Of a stretch of 64,000 nt of DNA, positions 28,152 through 36,418 are shown piece by piece; the first letter of the stretch is position 1, and every line of letters starts with the position of its first letter. The notes below the pieces were generated by a model. That model was not told where the DNA came from. It ran no database searches and was given only the letters and a program-made list of their open reading frames with translations. The translations under genes and the position numbers were made by a program. Source of the stretch: a virus; IMG/VR virus record IMGVR_UViG_3300005805_000056, positions 1-64,000 of that record; one strand, given 5' to 3'.

Positions 28152-29788
28152 AGCTCGACGTCAAAACGGCCCAGGAGTATTTGATTATTCTTGGATACAA
28201 AGTATCCAAGTCTAACAAATTTGAAACGTGTTTAAGGTCGTTTCAAATAGACAATGGCATCAATGTCACTGGACTGTTAGACGCTTCAACTTGTCAGCGG
28301 CTATACTCAAAAGCTGTTGGAAAAGTCAAGAAAGAACCTGAAACGATGACCCATAACGGTATGGTCGTTATTCCTTATTCTGTTGACGCATTCAAAGTAT
28401 CAACAGTGTTTCATGCTGTTGTAATAATAACAGACGAAAACAACGACCAAGTGAATCAATGCATAGCCAAACTTGATTCACTTTTGAAAGGCAAAAGTTG
28501 GTTTCTTACCATTACACATCCTGGACGTGCGCCAATGTTGAATGCCACGTCGGCCAAGGAGACAAATGTTATAGACTATGGCCAACACTGGTGGTCAGTT
28601 GGTGCGAATGAAGCCTTTAGACAGGCGAGGATTAAAAATATCCCAACTACTATGTATCCCATCATGGCTAGAGACATGGTGTGTGATGACTTAGTGAATC
28701 GTATTTGGCCATTGATGGAGACCAACAACTACCTCTTCGTGGTTGCTGATTGGTACTGCAATGTCTCTAAGTCTGTCTGTGTCGCTAGAAAGGACAGTGT
28801 TCTGTGGGAACAATCACCTATTGGCAGTGTCCTTTTTAACGTGAGTCTTGTTCCTGTTGTGGTGATGAATACCATGCCAGTACTTCAGCACAACGCTGAT
28901 CACGCAACATGGATGCATTGGACCATGTCAGGAATCAAGGTCAATCCAATAAATTGGACAGCCTGTAATATCACAAGGCCAAGAGTGGAGGAGACTGAGT
29001 GGACTCTATTTAGGGCCCAACTTTTCTCTGGGTGGAAAAAGCCCAAAGTATCAGCGCTGATGATCACTGGCAAGAATGCTGAGCGTTACCCACTTGCCAG
29101 AGTTTCTCTTGGTTGCTTCTTGGACCAAACGTGGTCCAATAAGGAACTTGTCATCATAAACCATGGCAACGAAAAAGTGTGCAAAACCCCTGATGCTAGA
29201 ATCAAGGAGGTGTTTGTTACTAAGGGCCAAGGAGTAACACTTGGTGATCTAAGAAACTGGTCGATAGAGAATGCCACAGGCGACTGGTGTATGACGTGGG
29301 ACGACGATGACTGGCACCACCCCACTCGTATCGAGAATCAGATGGCCAACACACGCGAGAAGCACATATCAACTTTCATCTGGCAAATACGGTGTTCGTT
29401 GACTAACAACTGTGCTTTCTATGACAAGATGCCCACAGGCCAACAGATGTCAGTTATCTACGAAAGATCCACACCAGCCCGTTATCTTTCTCTTGAAGTA
29501 AGAGAGGACACAAAATTTCTGGAGTGGTTTTCAGACAGAGTTATTTGTGTTGATAACCATGTGGGTAACTGGAATTGTGACCCAGCACAATACGTTCGTT
29601 TCTATCATGGTCGAAACATCTGGGACTTTGGCCACATGATGAATGGTTCAGACGGTCTGTATGTGCCTGAGCAAAATAAGATCGATCTGACTCCGTATCA
29701 CAAAAATCTTCTAAACCAGATTGTCTCAAAATTCAAAGCTGAAGATGGCTTCAGTGTCTCACACACTCACCCAGGTGCTCCTGTTTAA
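28148..29788 (+). CDS. Peptidoglycan-binding domain / GT2 glycosyltransferase fusion
   Basis: N-term AQEYLIILGY...LRSFQIDNGINVTGLLDAST (PG_binding_1); C-term VSALMIT, QTWSNKELVII, LGDLRN, TWDDDDWHHPTRI, EDT. Confidence 0.8.
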   Translation: MKLDVKTAQEYLIILGYKVSKSNKFETCLRSFQIDNGINVTGLLDASTCQRLYSKAVGKVKKEPETMTHNGMVVIPYSVDAFKVSTVFHAVVIITDENNDQVNQCIAKLDSLLKGKSWFLTITHPGRAPMLNATSAKETNVIDYGQHWWSVGANEAFRQARIKNIPTTMYPIMARDMVCDDLVNRIWPLMETNNYLFVVADWYCNVSKSVCVARKDSVLWEQSPIGSVLFNVSLVPVVVMNTMPVLQHNADHATWMHWTMSGIKVNPINWTACNITRPRVEETEWTLFRAQLFSGWKKPKVSALMITGKNAERYPLARVSLGCFLDQTWSNKELVIINHGNEKVCKTPDARIKEVFVTKGQGVTLGDLRNWSIENATGDWCMTWDDDDWHHPTRIENQMANTREKHISTFIWQIRCSLTNNCAFYDKMPTGQQMSVIYERSTPARYLSLEVREDTKFLEWFSDRVICVDNHVGNWNCDPAQYVRFYHGRNIWDFGHMMNGSDGLYVPEQNKIDLTPYHKNLLNQIVSKFKAEDGFSVSHTHPGAPV

Positions 29789-30690
29789 TGTTGGTGGCTT
29801 CTTGCACATCAGGACTTTGCAATAGGATCCACTCACTGTTGGGTTCAAAAATAATCGCTGATAGTCTTAATCGTGATTTTAAGATTTATTGGCCAAAAAA
29901 CAGTGAGTTGGACGTTAGCTTTACGGACATATTTGATTCAGATTTAAGCATTATTTCTGATCATGAGTTGTCATACAGGCTACTAGATGCTAGAGTCACC
30001 TGTAAAGTCTACAATGCAGGTTTAGTTCCTCCTCACGAATACACCAACATACGAAGAGATGATCCACACGACATCATAGTCATAAAGTCTTGGACTGCTC
30101 CAGTATTTTCAGGACAATTTCACACCGAAGATCACAGAGATGCACTTAAGACACTTCTGTCAAGTATTCCATTCAAAAGAGAGATCTTGGCCAAAGCGTC
30201 TCCTTCGAAATACTCATCTTACATTGGAATCCATCTCAGATATGGTGACTACAGGCCTGAAGGTGTAAATCACCTTGACTGCTTTAGTGGAGCCTCTGAA
30301 GAGGCATTTAAGGCTTTAATGCACAGAATTGTAAGTGCAAGACCCACTACTAGATTCTACATAAGCTGTCCAAATTTACGGATAAAACAATCTCTATCTG
30401 AACATTTTCATGCTGATTATCTTGACATAAATCCCTACCGCTCAGTGGATGGTGTTAAAGACGCTGTCATAGACTTGATGAATCTAAGTGGATGTGCGTT
30501 TGTTTTTGGTTCGTCATCAAGCCAGTTTAGCCAGTTTGTAGGTCTTTTGTCCAACAAGCCTGTTGGAACAATAGGAGGTCCACCAAGTCGTAGGTTTGAA
30601 TTTGTAGAAGGACCATTCTCACTTGAGACCAACGAGGACGAAATGCTTAGCTGTGCCCTAAATCGCCTAGATGGATGTATGACCCAGTAG
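29788..30690 (+). CDS. Fucosyltransferase-like GT-B enzyme (NodZ/GT11/GT23-like)
   Basis: GLCNR, IGIHLRYGD, DLMNLSGC..VFGSSSSQFS GDP-fucose-binding motifs. Confidence 0.75.
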   Translation: MLVASCTSGLCNRIHSLLGSKIIADSLNRDFKIYWPKNSELDVSFTDIFDSDLSIISDHELSYRLLDARVTCKVYNAGLVPPHEYTNIRRDDPHDIIVIKSWTAPVFSGQFHTEDHRDALKTLLSSIPFKREILAKASPSKYSSYIGIHLRYGDYRPEGVNHLDCFSGASEEAFKALMHRIVSARPTTRFYISCPNLRIKQSLSEHFHADYLDINPYRSVDGVKDAVIDLMNLSGCAFVFGSSSSQFSQFVGLLSNKPVGTIGGPPSRRFEFVEGPFSLETNEDEMLSCALNRLDGCMTQ

Positions 30691-31533
30691 GAATTCGGTC
30701 TGAATGCCAGCTTCATTCATAGAATCTGTCATTCTATTTCTTACTAAGGAAAAACCAAGGTATGGACTTGTAAATGGGTAGCGCTTAGACTTTTCTCTCA
30801 TGGTTAAGCTCGCCACTCTGTCTAACTCTGGCTTTTCAGCCTGTGATATTGTTGAGTTAACCTCCTGATGTTTAAGCACTGGGATTGATGGATTGATGTC
30901 CACACAATACTGCTGTATGCCCATGATGCTTTGGTGTCCAGCATAGCGAGCTCTTATGGTATAGTCACAGTGTTCCTCACCAAATCGGCCAAATTGAGGA
31001 TCAAAATAACCAATACTTTCCACGAGCTTTCTCGTGATTGACATCATCATGCCAGTCATTCTGGAAAGCTTTTTAAGAGCAAATCCCCTATAGATCACAG
31101 GAGTGCACTTGTACTGTGTGCTTGTGAAGTCACAGAAACAAAAAAGCTCAATCTGGGTTCCATCATGAGCATCTCTATAAGCTTTGGCTGCATTTCCAAC
31201 AAACTCAATATCATCATTGCACAGCAGCAAATGATCGGCTGTGGTCTCCTCCATGAACCACTTAAGTGCTCTATTGCTGTTGCCAGCAACACCCAGATTG
31301 TCTGTTCCTAGAAATGCTTGTACAGTTCCACCACCAAGAATGTGCTGTGTAGCCATCAGATCTGGTCTTGGTATCTTAGGTAAGGTGGAATTGAGCCAAA
31401 AACGAGTGGTGTCCTGCTGTCCACAGTCCTCAAAAATAGCTATGTCTTTGACTTTGTTTTGATTCATGATGCTTTCAAGAATCTTTTGCAAGGCCGGAAG
31501 ACGATTGTAAGTCAGAATGGCAATAGCAGTCAT
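30667..31533 (-). CDS. Glycosyltransferase family 2
   Basis: ILTYNR, IFEDC, NLGVAGNSNRAL, LLCNDD, IGYFDPQFGRFGEEHCDYTIR. Confidence 0.88.
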   Translation of the reverse strand: MTAIAILTYNRLPALQKILESIMNQNKVKDIAIFEDCGQQDTTRFWLNSTLPKIPRPDLMATQHILGGGTVQAFLGTDNLGVAGNSNRALKWFMEETTADHLLLCNDDIEFVGNAAKAYRDAHDGTQIELFCFCDFTSTQYKCTPVIYRGFALKKLSRMTGMMMSITRKLVESIGYFDPQFGRFGEEHCDYTIRARYAGHQSIMGIQQYCVDINPSIPVLKHQEVNSTISQAEKPELDRVASLTMREKSKRYPFTSPYLGFSLVRNRMTDSMNEAGIQTEFLLGHTSI

Positions 31534-31540
31534 GTGCTCA

Positions 31541-31554
31541 AGAACTTGTATCTA
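31541..31554. promoter_or_regulatory. Back-to-back promoter motifs: GTTCT (- strand) and GTATCTA (+ strand)
   Basis: AGAAC 31541-31545 is 12 nt from ATG 31533; GTATCTA 31548-31554 is 12 nt from ATG 31560. Confidence 0.6.
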
Positions 31555-31559
31555 GATTG

Positions 31560-31847
31560 ATGTCGAATCAGCCACCTATGGTTGAACCTCTGCCCGTTCA
31601 ACCATCACAACCTCTTACTATTGAGCTGAGAAGAGAACCGGGCCTAGACTGGTTTGTGCTTAATGTTAGTGATGGCTCATCAGAGGAATTGGATCCAGAA
31701 GATGCCCGTAGTTGGTTTAGAATGCGTGGGGCCAATATGGACGCAGTTGAAAAGGCGTTAGACTACTGTTGGAACTTCTATAATGCAACAATTGTAATCA
31801 AGAACCCAAAGACGCCCAAGCGCTCACCATTAGAGCCATTGGTGTAA
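31560..31847 (+). CDS. Hypothetical protein
   Basis: 95-aa ORF upstream of the prohead protease. Confidence 0.6.
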   Translation: MSNQPPMVEPLPVQPSQPLTIELRREPGLDWFVLNVSDGSSEELDPEDARSWFRMRGANMDAVEKALDYCWNFYNATIVIKNPKTPKRSPLEPLV

Positions 31848-31936
31848 TGTCCGAAGATTAGCTTTGAAGTTCAATCATTTTAGCGCTGATAGAGATAAAA
31901 CGTCTGAGTCATCGTTTACACCCTGGCTTTTAATAC

Positions 31937-33493
31937 GTGGCAAAGCAATACCTTGTTGATTCATGTGATTTCATCATTGATAGACAGAAAGGTCTAGTCA
32001 ATGAAGATCTCGGTGGTGGCTTTAAGGCCACAAAGGCCATAGGTCGCCTTGGCTTTTGTGACGAAGTCAATGGTAATCGCCGAATCTATACGAGAAAAGT
32101 TTGGGAGGCCAACTTTAAGGATGGAAGTCTTCTTCGTAAGCGTTTGGCTGAGAATAAGACTTTCGGTCTTCTTGAGCATCCATCTGATGGTCAGGTTACA
32201 TTGCTCAGCCCAATCAGCCACATCGTTACATCCGCTCAGCTCAATGAGGACGGATCTATAACGGGTGAACTAGTATTCCTTGACACAGCTGAAGGCCGCA
32301 AGATGCAAGCGTTGATTGCGGCTGGCTACAACCCAACAGTCTCAAGCAGAGGCTATGGTAGCCTGGTTAAAAATTCAGAGGGTATTGACATAGTCCAAGA
32401 AGACTATATTTGCGAAGGCTGGGACGTTGTAATGACTCCCAGCTTTTCTAATGCCGTAGTTGAGCCAGTCGGTGAATCCAAGATTTCGAAGCGCTCCGTT
32501 ACTACTGTAACAGAGAGCTCGATTCAGGGAGCCAAAACTCCAGTAGCTAAACAAACACCAAAAAATACCATGGACGCGAATCAAATTCGTCAGTCATTGC
32601 AGTCATTCGCGGGCCTGGAAGTCAGCAAGCTGACTCCACAACGGTACGCTGAAGGCATGCGCCAGATGGAAACTCTCCATCAGCATGTTGAGGCTTGGTG
32701 CAGTGAGGATACAGCTAATCGTCGTTGGGACGGAACACGTCTCCACGAAGAGATTACAGCCATCCAGAATACCTGGAGCTCGGCTATTGCTGCCCCCACT
32801 GCCCAAGTTGAGCGTCTCAGCGTGGAGAAGCAGAAGCTGCTTTCAGTCACCGAGAAGATCGTTCAAACCGGCGTGACCTTGAAGAACAAACTCAAGGAAT
32901 CGCTTGACGCCAACACTAAGTTGATGGAGGTCAACCAACGTAACCTTGCCCGCGGCCGCGCCTGGAAGCAATTTGCTGAAAGCGTTCAAGCTGACCAGGG
33001 TACGCTGAATGAGAAGTATGATGTTGCTACCACTGCGCTGGAGATTCTGGCCAAGCGGTACAAGTCACTTCAGGCCGAGAGCAACGACTCTGTCGTTCGC
33101 CTTGGTCGTCGAGTTCTCGAGCTTGAGTTTTCTGATAAGCTCAAGACCGATACTGATTTTGCGGCTAAGTTGAAGGAAGCTAAGACTCCAGAGGCTCTTG
33201 CCTCTCTGCGTGAGTCTATCCAGCCAGCTAAGAAGGCTGAAGCTCCTAAGGCTGCCGCGGTTGGAACCCCAGCGGCTTCAACAACCACTGTCCCTGCGAC
33301 GAATGAGTCTAAGGAGAATGTTGAAACCAAGGCCACTATTACTGAGGCCAAGGTTGAGACTTCAACCCCAGTCACTGAGTCAAAGGACACGGGCAAGCTC
33401 GGTACCATTGTGGTTCCGGTTGGCAATCCCCGTAACATTAGTGAGAGTATTGCCATTGCCCGTCGTCTCTCGACCTCGGGTTCACAACAATAA
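31937..33493 (+). CDS. Prohead protease (T4 gp21-like) fused to coiled-coil scaffold (gp22-like)
   Basis: NGNRRIY, GLLEHP (His), VSSRGYGSL (Ser), WDVVMTPS (Asp); ~330-aa coiled-coil/acidic extension; upstream of MCP. Confidence 0.9.
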   Translation: MAKQYLVDSCDFIIDRQKGLVNEDLGGGFKATKAIGRLGFCDEVNGNRRIYTRKVWEANFKDGSLLRKRLAENKTFGLLEHPSDGQVTLLSPISHIVTSAQLNEDGSITGELVFLDTAEGRKMQALIAAGYNPTVSSRGYGSLVKNSEGIDIVQEDYICEGWDVVMTPSFSNAVVEPVGESKISKRSVTTVTESSIQGAKTPVAKQTPKNTMDANQIRQSLQSFAGLEVSKLTPQRYAEGMRQMETLHQHVEAWCSEDTANRRWDGTRLHEEITAIQNTWSSAIAAPTAQVERLSVEKQKLLSVTEKIVQTGVTLKNKLKESLDANTKLMEVNQRNLARGRAWKQFAESVQADQGTLNEKYDVATTALEILAKRYKSLQAESNDSVVRLGRRVLELEFSDKLKTDTDFAAKLKEAKTPEALASLRESIQPAKKAEAPKAAAVGTPAASTTTVPATNESKENVETKATITEAKVETSTPVTESKDTGKLGTIVVPVGNPRNISESIAIARRLSTSGSQQ

Positions 33494-33511
33494 CAACAAC
33501 ATCAATAAGAT

Positions 33512-34963
33512 ATGGTCATCATTGCACCTAGTGGCCGCCCTGAGCTGGCCACAGAAGGCGGTGGCGTAACACGCTTCACCGAAATCTATGAGTGGGGCAA
33601 GCGCCTGGCGGATACTGACGTCGGAGTAGCAGAGGGGTCTGATCGTGGACTCTGGGAAGCTCTCGGATGGAAGCAGTTCGTCTCGCACATGCCGGAGTAC
33701 AAGCGGCCCATCGCCGCTATCATGCTCGAAAACTGCCGTCGTAAGTTCGGTCGCCTCGATGAGGTTACCCGTACTTCCAACCTCGGCACTTTCGACAAGT
33801 GGATCTTCCCAGTCATCTCCAACATGGCTGAGAATGATGTCATCGACCAGCTCGTCGCCCTCCAGCCCATGGCTGGTCCGGTGTCCCAGATCGTCTACCT
33901 CGACATCATCACTGGTCGTCGTAAGGGTCAGACTCCTAAGGGTGCTCCGATGTGGCGCGCTCTCGGTGGTGCGGTTGACCGCGATGACGATAGCTCTGAG
34001 CTCGTTTCTAACGAGACTGGTGCTCTCGCTGGTGGCGCTGCTACCCTCGAGTGGACTCCGCTCCGTCCTGGCACTATCCAGCTGACGATCGGCAATGACA
34101 CGACCACTGATGACGGCAACGGTGCGATTATCGCCACCGGCGCTATCACAGGTGGTACTGTGAACTACGTGAACGGTGCCTTCACTGTCACCGGCGTTTC
34201 CTCCACTGCTTCGTACTCGGTTACCTACCAGTTCAACTCGGAAGGTAATCAGTCGATCATGGACTACGAGGTCAAGATCAGCTCCACCCCTGTCACTGCG
34301 CAGGTAATGAAGCTGAAGGCCGTGTGGTCCGAGGAAGCTGATCAGAACCTCTCCGCGATGTACAACATCCGCGCTGAGTCGATTCTGCTCAACGCCATCA
34401 CCAACGCGCTTCAGTATCAGAAGCATCGTCAGGTCATCTTCGACCTGCGTGCCCGTGCTGACGCTGGTTTCGTTACCTGGGATGCTACGCCTCCCTCGAA
34501 CGTCAACTACCAGACCCACAAGTACTCGTTCATTGATGCTATGGAGACTGCCTCCAACTTCATCTTTGGTTCGACGAACATGGTTGCTGGTAACTGGGCG
34601 CTGCTCGGCCTCCAGTCCGCCACCGTTGTTGCCACGCTGCCGCACTTCGTGCCGCGTAACAACCGCGTTGAGATGCAGGGTATCACCTACATCGGTGACC
34701 TCGGCAACAAGAAGATCTTCGCTGATCCTCACTATCCGACCAACGAGTTCCTCGTTGGCCACAAGGGTGACCAGTTCCTCCGTACCGGCTACGTCCTAGC
34801 TGAGTACCAGAAGCTGTACACCACCCCTGATATCATGCTGCCTGACTTCCTCCATCAACGGGGCTTCGCGACCAGCTTCGCGAAGAAGATGATCAACTCG
34901 AAGTTCTACGCCCGCGGCATTGTGCAAAATGCTCCGAGCTCCTTCGGTCCAGTCATCGGCTAA
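33512..34963 (+). CDS. Major capsid protein, T4 gp23-like
   Basis: AIMLEN, QPMAGPVSQIVYLD, LKAVWSEEADQNL, YAxY-like LAEYQKL, RGFATSFA; strong C-ending codon bias; followed by terminator. Confidence 0.93.
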   Translation: MVIIAPSGRPELATEGGGVTRFTEIYEWGKRLADTDVGVAEGSDRGLWEALGWKQFVSHMPEYKRPIAAIMLENCRRKFGRLDEVTRTSNLGTFDKWIFPVISNMAENDVIDQLVALQPMAGPVSQIVYLDIITGRRKGQTPKGAPMWRALGGAVDRDDDSSELVSNETGALAGGAATLEWTPLRPGTIQLTIGNDTTTDDGNGAIIATGAITGGTVNYVNGAFTVTGVSSTASYSVTYQFNSEGNQSIMDYEVKISSTPVTAQVMKLKAVWSEEADQNLSAMYNIRAESILLNAITNALQYQKHRQVIFDLRARADAGFVTWDATPPSNVNYQTHKYSFIDAMETASNFIFGSTNMVAGNWALLGLQSATVVATLPHFVPRNNRVEMQGITYIGDLGNKKIFADPHYPTNEFLVGHKGDQFLRTGYVLAEYQKLYTTPDIMLPDFLHQRGFATSFAKKMINSKFYARGIVQNAPSSFGPVIG

Positions 34964-34978
34964 GCTAGCTGATTAAGC

Positions 34979-35012
34979 AAAACCCACCTGGAGAAATCCA
35001 GGTGGGTTTTTT
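34979..35012. terminator. Bidirectional rho-independent terminator
   Basis: AAAACCCACCTGGA-GAAA-TCCAGGTGGGTTTTTT perfect stem between convergent genes. Confidence 0.92.
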
Positions 35013-35686
35013 CATGCACGAATAACCTTACTTGCCTTGATGGAATAGTCCGTCGTTCCGTCTTTTCTCTTATATTTTACAACTTTACCCAATACGTAGA
35101 CTTTTCTCCCTCCAATCAGTGGTTCAGCAACTGACCAAGCATTTGTATAGTTCACCCACACATGGTCAGCCAAAGTTGTCTTCTTGCCAAATAGCTTTAC
35201 TTGACTCAACATCAAACTTTTATTTGATGTTCCGATGAATCCTCGATGGCCGATGGTCACCGAGAAAAGGATCTTCTCTTGGCGCCCGCACAGCAGGGCC
35301 AACAACCTAGACGTATTTTTCTCAAAAAATTCCCTGAAATTTTTGACATTGTCCAGTTCAACTACTTTAACATCTTTTTCATGCTCAAAGTACTGAAGCA
35401 ATGTTGTTCCACTCAGATATTTTCTGACAAGAAGATAGTGCTCATAAGCATCTAAGCATTCATCGTACTGATCACAAAGCCAATTGTTCGTAGTAACATC
35501 GTCTAGAGAATTTAAGCCACAATCATTTCTGATACAGGGTGGCCAGAATGGACCCCTAATTAGGGCATACATTGTTCCTAAACGACTTGGAGCCGATTCA
35601 ACCTTTCTGACCCAAATTTCAGGTTTATTTTTTCTACCGACATCCTTAATCGATGTCACCAGGTTATGTCCATATGAGTTATTCAT
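35012..35686 (-). CDS. Hypothetical early protein with OB-like C-terminus
   Basis: 224 aa, AT-rich; HVWVN...GKVVKYKRKDG..DYSI; sigma70-type promoter upstream. Confidence 0.6.
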   Translation of the reverse strand: MNNSYGHNLVTSIKDVGRKNKPEIWVRKVESAPSRLGTMYALIRGPFWPPCIRNDCGLNSLDDVTTNNWLCDQYDECLDAYEHYLLVRKYLSGTTLLQYFEHEKDVKVVELDNVKNFREFFEKNTSRLLALLCGRQEKILFSVTIGHRGFIGTSNKSLMLSQVKLFGKKTTLADHVWVNYTNAWSVAEPLIGGRKVYVLGKVVKYKRKDGTTDYSIKASKVIRA

Positions 35687-35694
35687 ATGGAAGC

Positions 35695-35723
35695 AGTGTA
35701 CTCACCTCACCCTAAATTGTAAA
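35695..35723 (-). promoter_or_regulatory. Sigma70-type (early) promoter TTTACA-N17-TACACT
   Basis: Minus strand TTTACA (35723-35718), TACACT (35700-35695); ATG 35686. Confidence 0.7.
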
Positions 35724-35731
35724 CATTTTTC

Positions 35732-36415
35732 ATGGAAAGTATCAAGACGAAGGTAAAAGCTAAGAAGCTCGTTGACTTTGAGAGCTTGGACGAGATGGCT
35801 CTTCACGCCTGGTTAATCGTCCACGAGCACTGCCGTAAGGAGTTTTATGACAGCTGGAACTCAATTAGCTTGGCGTCTGTGGACGTGATCTCTGAGGAGT
35901 TTTTCTTTAGAAACTACCTCTGGTGCGTCTATGTCAGTGGTTTCTCAGCCAAGGCCGTGACAGCCAACTATGACAAACTTCTTGTGGCCCATAACCTGGT
36001 CGATGGCCGTGGACGCTTTGTCCCGTCAGAGATTGCCAGTCCTCCGGACAAAGATCAAGTCTTTAAGATCTGGCGAAACCATGCAAAGTTCAACGCCATC
36101 TTTAAGACCAGAGCTGAGGTAAGGGAGGGCTGGTCTCCTTTTAGAAAACGCTATCTGGAGGACAGAGATCCATTGGCCATACAAAACATCGCCTTCATGG
36201 GTCCAGCGCTCTCCATGCACCTTGCACGTAATCTGGGAGCTGTCCAATTGGTAAAGCCTGATGTGCACCTTGTTAGGCTGGCCAAGAAGTTTGGATTTGA
36301 TACAGCCCACAACCTTTGTCTGGGTGCTCGAGATGCTTGTCCTCGCATGGCTGACTGGCCACTTGGCAAAGTAGATTTGCTACTCTGGTACGCTGCTGCG
36401 ACGATACGTAGTTAG
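35732..36415 (+). CDS. HhH-GPD superfamily DNA glycosylase-like protein
   Basis: IAFMGPALSMHLARNLG (HhH) followed by VKPDVHLVRLA and VDLLLW. Confidence 0.7.
   Translation: MESIKTKVKAKKLVDFESLDEMALHAWLIVHEHCRKEFYDSWNSISLASVDVISEEFFFRNYLWCVYVSGFSAKAVTANYDKLLVAHNLVDGRGRFVPSEIASPPDKDQVFKIWRNHAKFNAIFKTRAEVREGWSPFRKRYLEDRDPLAIQNIAFMGPALSMHLARNLGAVQLVKPDVHLVRLAKKFGFDTAHNLCLGARDACPRMADWPLGKVDLLLWYAAATIRS
36408..36414 (+). promoter_or_regulatory. Putative late promoter GTAGTTA
   Basis: 11 nt upstream of GTG of the tape-measure gene. Confidence 0.6.
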
Positions 36416-36418
36416 TCT

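Noticed and set aside
31915-31936. TTTACA upstream of the prohead protease as an early promoter
   Set aside because: No TAYACT at 16-18 nt spacing before the start codon
33482-34762. 426-aa antisense ORF opposite the major capsid gene
   Set aside because: Expected by-product of strong codon bias in the sense gene (few TTA/CTA/TCA codons); no recognisable motifs or promoter
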